IMG/VR virus record: IMGVR_UViG_3300036399_001297
Coordinates: 19,005 to 83,004 of that record
Source: a virus
Length of the DNA stretch: 64,000 nucleotides
Reading direction: 5' to 3' (one strand)
Within the stretch, counting starts at the first letter, position 1, and each line of letters opens with the position of its first letter. The notes beneath the pieces were generated by a model. It had not been told where the DNA came from, did no database searches, and worked only from the letters and a program-made list of their open reading frames with translations. Position numbers and translations under genes: made by a program. This document shows, piece after piece, positions 49,064 through 57,804 of this stretch.

Positions 49064-49843
49064 ATGGCAAAAAAAATCAATCCAGCGAAAGAGGTGAAAA
49101 AAGATACTTCACCTAAAATTTTTCAACGCGATAAAATAAACTTTGATATTAATATTAAAGAACGCGATGATCTAACCGAAAAACAAAAAAAAATAATCGA
49201 AACCGCTCTACATAAAGATACTAGATGTATTTTTATTGATGGTTTATACGGAACCGGAAAAACAATTTTAGCAGTTTTATCAGCACTAAAATTGCTAAAC
49301 CAAAGAAAGGTTTCCGAAATTATTTATGTTAGAAATCCGGTAGAAGCAACAACAACCGGAAAAATCGGATTTCTAAAAGGCGATACAGGTGAAAAAATGG
49401 CTCCCTATATCGGACCTCTTTATGATAAATTAGAAGAACTATTATCAGAGGCAGATTCAAAAAGACTTCAAACCGATAATAGAGTATTTGGTATGCCTAT
49501 CGGGTTTGTTAGAGGTAGAAGTTGGAATTCTAGAGTTATCATAGTTGACGAAGCAAGCTCTATGAGTTGGGACGATTTATTTTTGATATTGTCTAGATGC
49601 GGTGAATATACAAGAATATTTTTTGTTGGTGATAGCGCAAATCAAAATGATATCGGACATAAAGCAGGTTTCAGAAAAATGTTTGATTTGTTTAGTGATG
49701 ATGAAAGCAAAGAAAACGGAATACATACATTTGAATTAAAAGATTATGACGATATTAAAAGATCTAAATTGTTACAATTTGTAATGATTAAGACGGGTTT
49801 AATAAAAAATACTAATGAAAATGTATTAGATAAAGATAAGTAA
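49064..49843 (+). CDS. phoH: PhoH-family ATPase
   Basis: GLYGTGKT, IGFLKG, EKMAPY, VRGRSW, IVDEAS, SRCGE, GD..QND. Confidence 0.92.
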   Translation: MAKKINPAKEVKKDTSPKIFQRDKINFDINIKERDDLTEKQKKIIETALHKDTRCIFIDGLYGTGKTILAVLSALKLLNQRKVSEIIYVRNPVEATTTGKIGFLKGDTGEKMAPYIGPLYDKLEELLSEADSKRLQTDNRVFGMPIGFVRGRSWNSRVIIVDEASSMSWDDLFLILSRCGEYTRIFFVGDSANQNDIGHKAGFRKMFDLFSDDESKENGIHTFELKDYDDIKRSKLLQFVMIKTGLIKNTNENVLDKDK

Positions 49844-49847
49844 TTTT

Positions 49848-50036
49848 ATGTTAGGCACAAAATACGATTATCAACCATTAAACAATAAGCCAATGGGATG
49901 CACTTTTTGCGGTGCTCACATACCAAGAGCAAAAATAGTTGAAAGAAAAGATGTTAAAACTAAAGAACTTATAAAAGAATGTCATTGGGTTTGTGGTCGT
50001 TGTAATAATGTTTCTCGCATCGGTAAATTAGTTTAA
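49848..50036 (+). CDS. small zinc-ribbon protein
   Basis: CTFC...CGRC; TAAGTA 5 nt upstream. Confidence 0.65.
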   Translation: MLGTKYDYQPLNNKPMGCTFCGAHIPRAKIVERKDVKTKELIKECHWVCGRCNNVSRIGKLV

Positions 50037-50037
50037 T

Positions 50038-50496
50038 ATGGTGAAACCGAAATTACTAAAGGAGTTAAATTCTACATGGAATCCTTCGCAATATTCGGCA
50101 TCAAGCACACCGCCTAGAAAAGATTTCGTACCCTTTAATAAAAGAGATCAGGCTGGTTATGGAAAACAAAACAATGTTGATTTTCCACAGTCTTCTCCGG
50201 TTCCTCCCAATCCAGCATCTTTACCATTTCCTTTAGAAAATGTGGTAGAAGATTTTGCAGACAGCTATGTATATCTAATGGCAGGATTAAAAAAAATAGC
50301 AATATGCTGTAAAAATAATAAAGCTTTAAAAGAAAAACAAAGAAAAGAACTAATGCAATTTTACGCTTATGGTAAAAAAGCATTAAATGTTATATCTAAA
50401 ATAGGAATGAAAATTCAAGATTCTGCTAATATGGGCAGTCAACCAACACCAGACGCAACGGTTCCTATTGCCAAAAAAGCAATCAAAAGAAATTGA
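50038..50496 (+). CDS. hypothetical protein
   Basis: 152-aa ORF in operon. Confidence 0.6.
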   Translation: MVKPKLLKELNSTWNPSQYSASSTPPRKDFVPFNKRDQAGYGKQNNVDFPQSSPVPPNPASLPFPLENVVEDFADSYVYLMAGLKKIAICCKNNKALKEKQRKELMQFYAYGKKALNVISKIGMKIQDSANMGSQPTPDATVPIAKKAIKRN

Positions 50497-50521
50497 CTTT
50501 TTTTATGATATGTGATAAAGT
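50493..50521 (+). promoter_or_regulatory. sigma70-like promoter
   Basis: TTGACT-N17-TAAAGT with TG extension; ATG at 50530. Confidence 0.5.
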
Positions 50522-50529
50522 ATTACTTT

Positions 50530-50961
50530 ATGACATTATCAAATAATTTGAAATCTTTCATTACATCAACAACCATTTTAATTGGCATTTCTTTGTTGGG
50601 GGGAATTGCTGGCTTTTTAGCGGGGAAATCATTTGCGGTTACATTTTTATTTATATTTGTAGCTCAGTTTATTCTATTTACTTTTATAGGAAATATAATA
50701 AAAAATATTAATTTTAAACAAATGATAGAAAAACAATTAGAAAAACTAGAAGGTCTTTCAACAATTTTAGAATGTGCTTATTGTAAAAAACAAAACTTAA
50801 TGATTTTCAATACTAATGATACAGAAAGAATCGAATTTGTATGTGAGCATTGTAAAAATAAAAATCTAGTTAATATACAATTTATCGTTTCTCAAATATC
50901 AGAACCATTAGAAATTCCTAAAGTTTTAGGCGTACCTTCAGATAACGCAGAAACTCCTTGA
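50530..50961 (+). CDS. membrane protein (2 TM) with C-terminal zinc ribbon
   Basis: Two hydrophobic segments, then CAYC...CEHC. Confidence 0.65.
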   Translation: MTLSNNLKSFITSTTILIGISLLGGIAGFLAGKSFAVTFLFIFVAQFILFTFIGNIIKNINFKQMIEKQLEKLEGLSTILECAYCKKQNLMIFNTNDTERIEFVCEHCKNKNLVNIQFIVSQISEPLEIPKVLGVPSDNAETP

Positions 50962-50998
50962 CACAATCATACAAATAATATAATATTCTAATCTCAAT

Positions 50999-51292
50999 AT
51001 GACAACAGATAACAAATTCAAAAAAGATTTAAAAAATCTTAAGTGGTGGGATAACGCTAATAAAAAGACAGAAGAATTGTCTAGATGGATAGCCTTATAC
51101 GAAGCTGTAAATATAATCGCAGATAAAGCAGAAGATATGGGGAAGGATTTTAATAAACTTCAAATAAATCCTTTAAAGGTAAGAGAATATATGGATTCTA
51201 CCGTAGATATTTATCATAAAAAATTGCTAAATCAATTATACGGTATTAATGTGGTTTACGCCGATTCGGAAGAAGACTCCGATATTTTTTAA
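50999..51292 (+). CDS. hypothetical protein
   Basis: 97 aa; TTGACA-N17-TAATAT upstream (50958..50986). Confidence 0.6.
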   Translation: MTTDNKFKKDLKNLKWWDNANKKTEELSRWIALYEAVNIIADKAEDMGKDFNKLQINPLKVREYMDSTVDIYHKKLLNQLYGINVVYADSEEDSDIF

Positions 51293-51921
51293 TATTCTCC
51301 GTATACATTAGTATTATCACAAGGATTTTCTAATTCGTAATCAAAGTTATTATTTTTTGATTGTTCTTCTATCTTATCATTATCATCTATTGGGTTATTT
51401 CCAACACCAGATCCAAATGAATTTGTTTCAAAGCTAAAATCAACACGTTTAGCTTTAAAAAACCAAACATAGTGACCACCTAAAGCATTGATTTCAAATT
51501 CATCGCGGACTTCGGTTAATTCATAAACCGTAGCACCTCTTTTTGGGAAATTAAGTCGATCCGAACCGTATTCAGATAATCTTATTATATCTCCAGCTTT
51601 AGGTTCCGATGAAATCCCAAAATTGCAGGTAAAATGGGAGGGATGTATAACACCGTTTAAATCGGCATCAGCAACGATACCGAATTTAGAAAGCATAAAA
51701 GCATCGCTATTTAAAACTAATTGTACTAATAATTTTTTAGCATCAGAATATCCAGAAGATTGATCTTCACCATAAAGAGGATTCATATCAGATATTTCCG
51801 AAAGATTTGATTTAAATTCAATCTCCTGTCCATATATTTCTATTTGTTCTTTCCACAATTCTGAAATATATTGACGCTCGTTTGAATTTTGTTCTTTATT
51901 TAAATATCTGAGAGTTTCCAT
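51289..51921 (-). CDS. neck/head-closure protein (gp14-like)
   Basis: EQIEIYGQ, LYGED, LSKFGI, PKAGDII, YELTEV. Confidence 0.8.
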   Translation of the reverse strand: METLRYLNKEQNSNERQYISELWKEQIEIYGQEIEFKSNLSEISDMNPLYGEDQSSGYSDAKKLLVQLVLNSDAFMLSKFGIVADADLNGVIHPSHFTCNFGISSEPKAGDIIRLSEYGSDRLNFPKRGATVYELTEVRDEFEINALGGHYVWFFKAKRVDFSFETNSFGSGVGNNPIDDNDKIEEQSKNNNFDYELENPCDNTNVYGEY

Positions 51922-52908
51922 TTATCTATGACTTAATTGCCATCCCCCATTAACCAAAGGAGTCAGTATCATACCAGTCTTTCCTTTAGGACTTTTAACA
52001 CGTCTATCGTTCCAATCTATAGGTTCAGGTAAAAAACTATCTATTTCTGCCATATCTTTAGTTGTTAAAATGACCGGACTTTTTTCGGCTCTATTCATAA
52101 CATCCGCTTGATACGGATTTTGTTTATCAGTACGAACAGCAGAACCCATCTTCAAACTTTGTCTGTTCTCTTGACCCTTTCCCATTGTTCTAGAGAGACT
52201 TTGAGAATGTGGATCGTGTTTGGAGGTATAGTCTTGAAACTGGGTTAGTTGTTCTTTCATTATACCGTAAACGGGATTTAAGGTTTTTTTGATATCTTTA
52301 AATGCATTCAATATTGCTTTTTTATCCCAAGGCTTTAAAGATCTTTGAAAATCTTTATAATCTGGTTTATAAGCAGCACCTCCAAATATTTCAAATTTTA
52401 AATTTGGATCGTCGTTCCACCAACCAGAACGAATGCCTTTATCAAAAATAAAATCTTTATATAAATCAAAAGCAAATTTAATTATGAATTTATTATATCC
52501 CTTTTCCCTTTGATTGGTTAAATCTATTAAAAATTGTTTTTGGTTTATATCAGAACCAGATTTCTTTTTTAATTTTGAAGATTTAGGAGAGTCGTCAGTT
52601 TTTCCCAAAATAGGATCAACTAATTTTTTAATATCTTTATATACAGTAGCAACATCAGCGTTCCAATTTACAGCACTATTATTAGCTTCTTCCTCGGTTT
52701 TTTTAGCTGCTAGATATTCAAAAAATTTAGAATCTGGTTGTGTGATGTTTCTGTTATTAAAATAAAGCCCGAATGCCGTTTCTATAACATCCATATTTTT
52801 ATATTTTTCATAAATAATAACCAAGGCTCTTATTATTTGACCCCATAAATCACTAGCTTGTTTTGCTTCTTCTAAACAACTTTCCAATATAACCTTTAAA
52901 TCCATCAT
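51922..52908 (-). CDS. hypothetical protein
   Basis: 328 aa; N-terminus ILESCLEEA; TAAGTA upstream. Confidence 0.65.
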   Translation of the reverse strand: MMDLKVILESCLEEAKQASDLWGQIIRALVIIYEKYKNMDVIETAFGLYFNNRNITQPDSKFFEYLAAKKTEEEANNSAVNWNADVATVYKDIKKLVDPILGKTDDSPKSSKLKKKSGSDINQKQFLIDLTNQREKGYNKFIIKFAFDLYKDFIFDKGIRSGWWNDDPNLKFEIFGGAAYKPDYKDFQRSLKPWDKKAILNAFKDIKKTLNPVYGIMKEQLTQFQDYTSKHDPHSQSLSRTMGKGQENRQSLKMGSAVRTDKQNPYQADVMNRAEKSPVILTTKDMAEIDSFLPEPIDWNDRRVKSPKGKTGMILTPLVNGGWQLSHR

Positions 52909-52933
52909 AAATTTATAGAATTACTTACCAATA

Positions 52934-52967
52934 AAAAAGGGTAACTCTATTAAAAGTTACCCTTTTT
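52934..52967. terminator. Rho-independent terminator
   Basis: aaaaagggtaact / agttacccttttt inverted repeat. Confidence 0.75.
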
Positions 52968-52987
52968 ATTTTTGTTTTTAATTTATT

Positions 52988-54049
52988 TTATTGTTCGAAT
53001 AAACTTTTACCAGCTTTAACAGCACCAGAAACTGTATGGCTACTTGCTTTGGTTAAGTTATGTCCAGCAGTAGGAGAAAGTTTCTTTAATACTCCATCAA
53101 ATCCTGATCCGGTTGATGGGGTTTGAGCTTTACTTTTTACTGCTTTTGGCTTATTTTCAGAAACTTCGGCTTTTTTATTTTGAAGCTTTTTGATATTTCC
53201 AGAAAATGGTTTGAGGTTTACACCTTTTTTTAAACCTTTAACTTTAACAGATTCTTGTTTCACCGATTCATCATCATCATCGTATTTAGAAGCTTTTTTG
53301 AGTTTATCTGTTTTTGATTTTTTCTTTGCTAGTCTTTCTTTACGAGAATCTCTTTGGTCTTTACGAGCAGATGCTTCTTTCCAAGATTCTTCTTTGACTA
53401 CATCTTCTTCCTCTTCTTCGTCTTCTTCCTCTTCTTCGTCTTCTTCGGAACCTTCTTCATCAGAATCATCATCCAAATCTTCGATATCATCAGCTTCATC
53501 TTCGTCTTCATCGCTAACGATTTTTTCGAGTTCGGAAAGAACGTCTTTTAAATTTGCTAAAACTTCTTTGAGATCAACTTCTCCACCGGAAAAGTCTTCT
53601 TCTCCCATATCGTCATCACCAAGATCGTCATCACCCATATCATCGAGGTCACTGAGATCATTGAGATCACCAAGATCATCACCACCAAAATCATCATTTT
53701 CTTCTTCACCAAAAGATGGTTCTACGCCGTTATCGTTTGAGAATGAAAAATTATTTTCGCCTAAGATTTTGCTGTATAAAACATCAAATGGGTTGTTAAA
53801 ACTAGATTTGTCTAATTTCTTTGTTGATTCTTTTGTTCCGGTATCATCATCTGAATTATGATCACATTCTTCTGGAGAATCGAGATCAACGTTTTCGTCA
53901 GATTCATTTCCTGTTTTAAATTCACCCAATGCTGATTTACCAGTTGGTACAGCGCCTTTAACCTCATGACTAGGGGCTTTAGTGGTGGTTTCTTCGATTG
54001 TTCCTTCGGAAAGGACTTCCATATATGATTTAATCAATTCGTCTTGCAT
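52988..54049 (-). CDS. highly acidic/basic bipartite protein (prohead core/scaffold-like)
   Basis: Asp/Glu tracts followed by a Lys-rich C-terminus; several (L/V)xE sites. Confidence 0.55.
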   Translation of the reverse strand: MQDELIKSYMEVLSEGTIEETTTKAPSHEVKGAVPTGKSALGEFKTGNESDENVDLDSPEECDHNSDDDTGTKESTKKLDKSSFNNPFDVLYSKILGENNFSFSNDNGVEPSFGEEENDDFGGDDLGDLNDLSDLDDMGDDDLGDDDMGEEDFSGGEVDLKEVLANLKDVLSELEKIVSDEDEDEADDIEDLDDDSDEEGSEEDEEEEEDEEEEEDVVKEESWKEASARKDQRDSRKERLAKKKSKTDKLKKASKYDDDDESVKQESVKVKGLKKGVNLKPFSGNIKKLQNKKAEVSENKPKAVKSKAQTPSTGSGFDGVLKKLSPTAGHNLTKASSHTVSGAVKAGKSLFEQ

Positions 54050-54078
54050 AATTGTTACAAGTACTTACCTTGGACGAG

Positions 54079-54909
54079 TTACATTTCTACATTTTTTTCT
54101 TCAATTTCTAATATTAATTCGGCTTCTTTTCTAAAATTTGGAACTTTTATTCTTTCAAAACCCTCATCAGAAAACCATACAATATAAGAATCTCCTATAG
54201 AAAATGGGGTATTTCTCTCTAAGATTAATTTATACAACCAAATTTGTAAAGCGTATTTGTTATACTCACAGTCATCCAAATGATTAAATGGTGATAATAA
54301 TTTATTTTTATATTTGCTGGTTCTATTAATTTTTTTATTGGTTTTATAATCGAAAATAACCAGTTCATTTGTTTTTTTATTATATGAAAGATTATCCATT
54401 GTGCCTACTAATTTTGTTTTATGATCTCCAACAACAAATTCAGATTTAATCAAATGATGATCTTCTTTATACCAATCATAAAAGTATAAAAAATTCTTTA
54501 ACATTTTTGCTATTTCCAAATAATATTTTTCGATTGAATTGTCAGAATAAAAATTTGAATGTTCTTTAAAGAAAATATCTATAGCGTCTCTGTCTATAGA
54601 ATATTTTTTTCGCATTAAAAAATTTTCAATATATAAATGAAATTCGGTTCCTTTATGGTTAGCATAATCTCTTTGAAATTTCCATTTATCCAAAACATCC
54701 TCAATAGAAATACCTTCTCTTTTTGAAACAGCCGTAGCTATAGCTGTTTCTGGAAATTCTTTTTGATACTTATGAAGTAATTTTGTAACAGAATATTTCG
54801 CTGGCTCGCCATCTATTTTATACGTGTGATCTTTTTCAGAGAATTGAATATCTTTAAACGGAATTTCTAATTCTATCAGTGATGTAAAATTTGGAGTAAT
54901 TTTTTCCAT
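54079..54909 (-). CDS. PD-(D/E)XK exonuclease (RecB/Cas4-like)
   Basis: SVTK, KGTEFH, SE, VGTMD, IFDYKT, YALQIWLY. Confidence 0.85.
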   Translation of the reverse strand: MEKITPNFTSLIELEIPFKDIQFSEKDHTYKIDGEPAKYSVTKLLHKYQKEFPETAIATAVSKREGISIEDVLDKWKFQRDYANHKGTEFHLYIENFLMRKKYSIDRDAIDIFFKEHSNFYSDNSIEKYYLEIAKMLKNFLYFYDWYKEDHHLIKSEFVVGDHKTKLVGTMDNLSYNKKTNELVIFDYKTNKKINRTSKYKNKLLSPFNHLDDCEYNKYALQIWLYKLILERNTPFSIGDSYIVWFSDEGFERIKVPNFRKEAELILEIEEKNVEM

Positions 54910-56075
54910 TAGAATCCGATCCTTTTTTCTTGAACGACTTCTTTATAGAATTTAACTTCACTCTCAAGATTATAAACATCAGCTAGTGCCATAGGAGATT
55001 TAATTTTTTCATCAATCAATTTCTCCGGATATTTTAAACTCTCGGCCAATTTTTTAGAATCTTCAATCGAAAGGAAATCAAATTTATATTCCACTTTGAG
55101 TCTACCTTTTCTCTTTAGGGCTGGATCAATTTCTTTAGTGTCACAATTATAGGTAATAATAACCGCAATATTTAGAATATCACTAAGAATACCATCAGAT
55201 AGATTCAATAAAGCCGAAACAGCAGATGTATCTAAAGAATCGCCATGACGTTTCATTATCAACTTTTCAGCATCTTCTAAAACAATAATAGAATTTGATT
55301 TTTGTATCAACATCTGCAAACAAGCTGGATCGGAAGTAAATGTTTCCAGCATTGTTGTAGGAATATAGATAAAATCTTTTTGAATATGATTCGTAAGACT
55401 CTTAATAAAAGTAGACTTTCCAGTACCACTAGGACCATGAAACATATAAAGACCCGATGATTCTTTGTTTATTCTATCTTTTATTGTATCTAAAACACCA
55501 ACAAAAGATTTTCCATAGTTTAGTTCAAAATCAATATCTTTATGATTTTTTATTTTTAGTGGTTCAAATGCATAATCACCATATTGATTTTTTATAAAAA
55601 GATGAATTTTAGAATCTTCTGAGTTATGTATAAATTTTTTAAAATCTTCTACCGGAAAAACACATCCGGCTGGTCCGCAAAAAGATAAATTATAAACATT
55701 GTTAGAATTATTTTCTTTTATACTAGCATCGTCCCAAAAATGACTATCCGAATCATCTTGGTATTTCTTTATAATTTTTACAAAAATATCTTTATATTCG
55801 AAAAAGAATGTTCCCCCTCGAAATTCCTTAAAATCCCTACATACATTTTTTAATTTTCCATTACAACTAAAGGAAACCAATTTAGAATTTTCAAATAAAA
55901 AATTAAAAATTTCTTTATCGAATAGTTCATCTGCATAAAAATGAACCGGACATTTACCATAAGTATGTGATATATAATAATTAACCGGAAAATCGGATGT
56001 ATTGTTTGGGGAATACATGTTCATTCCTTCCGCAAAATAATATACGTTGTTAGGTTTGGTTTCTTTTTTTCTCAT
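54909..56075 (-). CDS. AAA+ ATPase
   Basis: GPSGTGKST, VLEDAE, LLNLSDG, IDPALKRKGR, C-terminal RIGF; start at ATG 56075, downstream of the promoter. Confidence 0.88.
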   Translation of the reverse strand: MRKKETKPNNVYYFAEGMNMYSPNNTSDFPVNYYISHTYGKCPVHFYADELFDKEIFNFLFENSKLVSFSCNGKLKNVCRDFKEFRGGTFFFEYKDIFVKIIKKYQDDSDSHFWDDASIKENNSNNVYNLSFCGPAGCVFPVEDFKKFIHNSEDSKIHLFIKNQYGDYAFEPLKIKNHKDIDFELNYGKSFVGVLDTIKDRINKESSGLYMFHGPSGTGKSTFIKSLTNHIQKDFIYIPTTMLETFTSDPACLQMLIQKSNSIIVLEDAEKLIMKRHGDSLDTSAVSALLNLSDGILSDILNIAVIITYNCDTKEIDPALKRKGRLKVEYKFDFLSIEDSKKLAESLKYPEKLIDEKIKSPMALADVYNLESEVKFYKEVVQEKRIGF

Positions 56076-56085
56076 TTCGACTATC

Positions 56086-56113
56086 ATGGTATCAGATTTA
56101 GTTTTTTTGTCAA
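56086..56113 (-). promoter_or_regulatory. sigma70-like promoter
   Basis: TTGACA-N16-TACCAT on the minus strand. Confidence 0.6.
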
Positions 56114-56129
56114 CCTATAAGTATATTAT

Positions 56130-56477
56130 ATGAAAAAGTTGAATTATGAAGATTGTGAGAATTTGATTAATCAATGTATAAAACTTGTAAAAAAACAAGA
56201 CTCTGATTTTTTTGTTCTAAAAAAATTAAAAGGTCGGGTTATGGGATTGTGTCATTGGGATTGGATAGAAATAGATCCCCGTAAAGAATTCCTAGAAACA
56301 TCTATACACGAATGTTTACATTATCTCAATCCAGATTGGTCCGAAACCATGGTAACATACGCAGAATCCAGAATAATGAATCAGGCAACCTACTTAAAAC
56401 TCATGGAATTTGCAAATCTTTTATCTTCAAAATTATACAAAAAGGAAAAGACCTCGAAAAGAAAACCTAAAAAATGA
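56130..56477 (+). CDS. small HExxH metallopeptidase-like protein
   Basis: MGLC..IEIDPR...ETSIHECLH...WSE; TATAAGTA 6 nt upstream. Confidence 0.65.
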   Translation: MKKLNYEDCENLINQCIKLVKKQDSDFFVLKKLKGRVMGLCHWDWIEIDPRKEFLETSIHECLHYLNPDWSETMVTYAESRIMNQATYLKLMEFANLLSSKLYKKEKTSKRKPKK

Positions 56478-56519
56478 TTGACCAAACGTTAAAAATATGT
56501 AAGTATAGAATACAACACT

Positions 56520-57494
56520 ATGATTTTCGAAGAACAAATCTCGCGCAAACCAAACAAGTATCCATGGACAGACAAATTTATCGAAAGTATGCACAACGGA
56601 TTCTGGACCGACAAAGAATTTTCATTTAAGTCTGATATTCAACAATTTAAAGTAAATCTAACCGACCAAGAAAGAGAAATCGTTATTCGCACATTATCCG
56701 CTATTGGACAAATTGAGATAGCGGTAAAAACCTTTTGGAGCAAATTAGGAGATAATCTGCCTCATCCATCATTGCAGGATTTGGGATTTGTTATGGCTAA
56801 TACGGAAGTCATCCATAACAATGCATACGAACGACTCATTTCAACCCTTGGATTAGAAGATGTATTTGAAAAGAATTTAAAACTTGATTGGATCGAAGGT
56901 AGAGTAAAATATCTTAAAAAATATACTCATCGTTATTATAAAGATTCTAAGAAACAATATGTATATGCTTTGACTCTTTTTACATTGTTTGTTGAAAATG
57001 TCTCATTATTTTCTCAATTTTATGTAATCAATTGGTTTGCTAGATTTAAGAATGTTCTTAAAGACACAGACCAACAAGTAAAGTATACACGCAACGAAGA
57101 AAATATTCACGGCATGGTTGGTGCTCAAATCATTAATACCATTAGAGAAGAATATCCAGAATTGTTTGATGATGAATTTGTAAATAAAATTATCGCAGAA
57201 GCTAAAGAAGCATATGAAGCAGAAGCAAAAATTATTGATTGGATGATAAATGGAATTAAGGAAGAAGGTCTTAGTGCTGTTATTCTTAAAGAATTTGTAA
57301 AAAATAGAATAAACGAATCGTTGAAAATGATTGGGTTTCCCCCTGCTTTTGAGATTGACAAAAATATCATTTCTTCTACGATGTGGTTTACAGAGGAATT
57401 GTTGGGAAATAATATGGTTGATTTTTTCAGTTCCAGACCCACAGAGTACTCTAAAAAATCACAATGTTTTGATGAAGATGCATTATTTGGTTAA
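56520..57494 (+). CDS. nrdB: ribonucleotide reductase beta subunit, class Id-type
   Basis: AIGQIEIAVKTFW, EVIHNNAY, ENVSLFSQF, EENIH, DFFSSRPTEY. Confidence 0.93.
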   Translation: MIFEEQISRKPNKYPWTDKFIESMHNGFWTDKEFSFKSDIQQFKVNLTDQEREIVIRTLSAIGQIEIAVKTFWSKLGDNLPHPSLQDLGFVMANTEVIHNNAYERLISTLGLEDVFEKNLKLDWIEGRVKYLKKYTHRYYKDSKKQYVYALTLFTLFVENVSLFSQFYVINWFARFKNVLKDTDQQVKYTRNEENIHGMVGAQIINTIREEYPELFDDEFVNKIIAEAKEAYEAEAKIIDWMINGIKEEGLSAVILKEFVKNRINESLKMIGFPPAFEIDKNIISSTMWFTEELLGNNMVDFFSSRPTEYSKKSQCFDEDALFG

Positions 57495-57501
57495 TTAATT
57501 T

Positions 57502-57804
57502 ATGAAATTTGATAATCTTGTAAAACGTATTTTATCAGAAAAATACATACTAGTAGGGACTTGTGTTGAATATTGCGAAGATGATGGAAATAAAATATAT
57601 CAAATTGTCAGGCAAGATGATATGTCTTACGATGAAACAACGTATTATCATGATCCAGAATTAGAAATATCAAAAGAAAAATTTGAAGAATTAACAGGTA
57701 TTAATGTACCAAAAGATCACTTCACAGGATATAATAGTGATCACGGTATCGTTTTTGATTACGATCCAAAAACAGACATACACAAATTTTATAAAAATAT
57801 ATGA
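57502..57804 (+). CDS. small acidic hypothetical protein between nrdB and nrdA
   Basis: 100 aa; N-terminus MKFDNLVKRILSE; ATGA overlap with nrdA. Confidence 0.6.
   Translation: MKFDNLVKRILSEKYILVGTCVEYCEDDGNKIYQIVRQDDMSYDETTYYHDPELEISKEKFEELTGINVPKDHFTGYNSDHGIVFDYDPKTDIHKFYKNI

Noticed and set aside
53190-53861. 223-aa Ser-rich + strand ORF
   Set aside because: Antisense shadow of GAA/GAT codon runs in the acidic protein
54079-54909. Cas4 as evidence of a CRISPR system
   Set aside because: No Fe-S cysteine set, no other cas genes and no array; ordinary phage PD-(D/E)XK exonuclease
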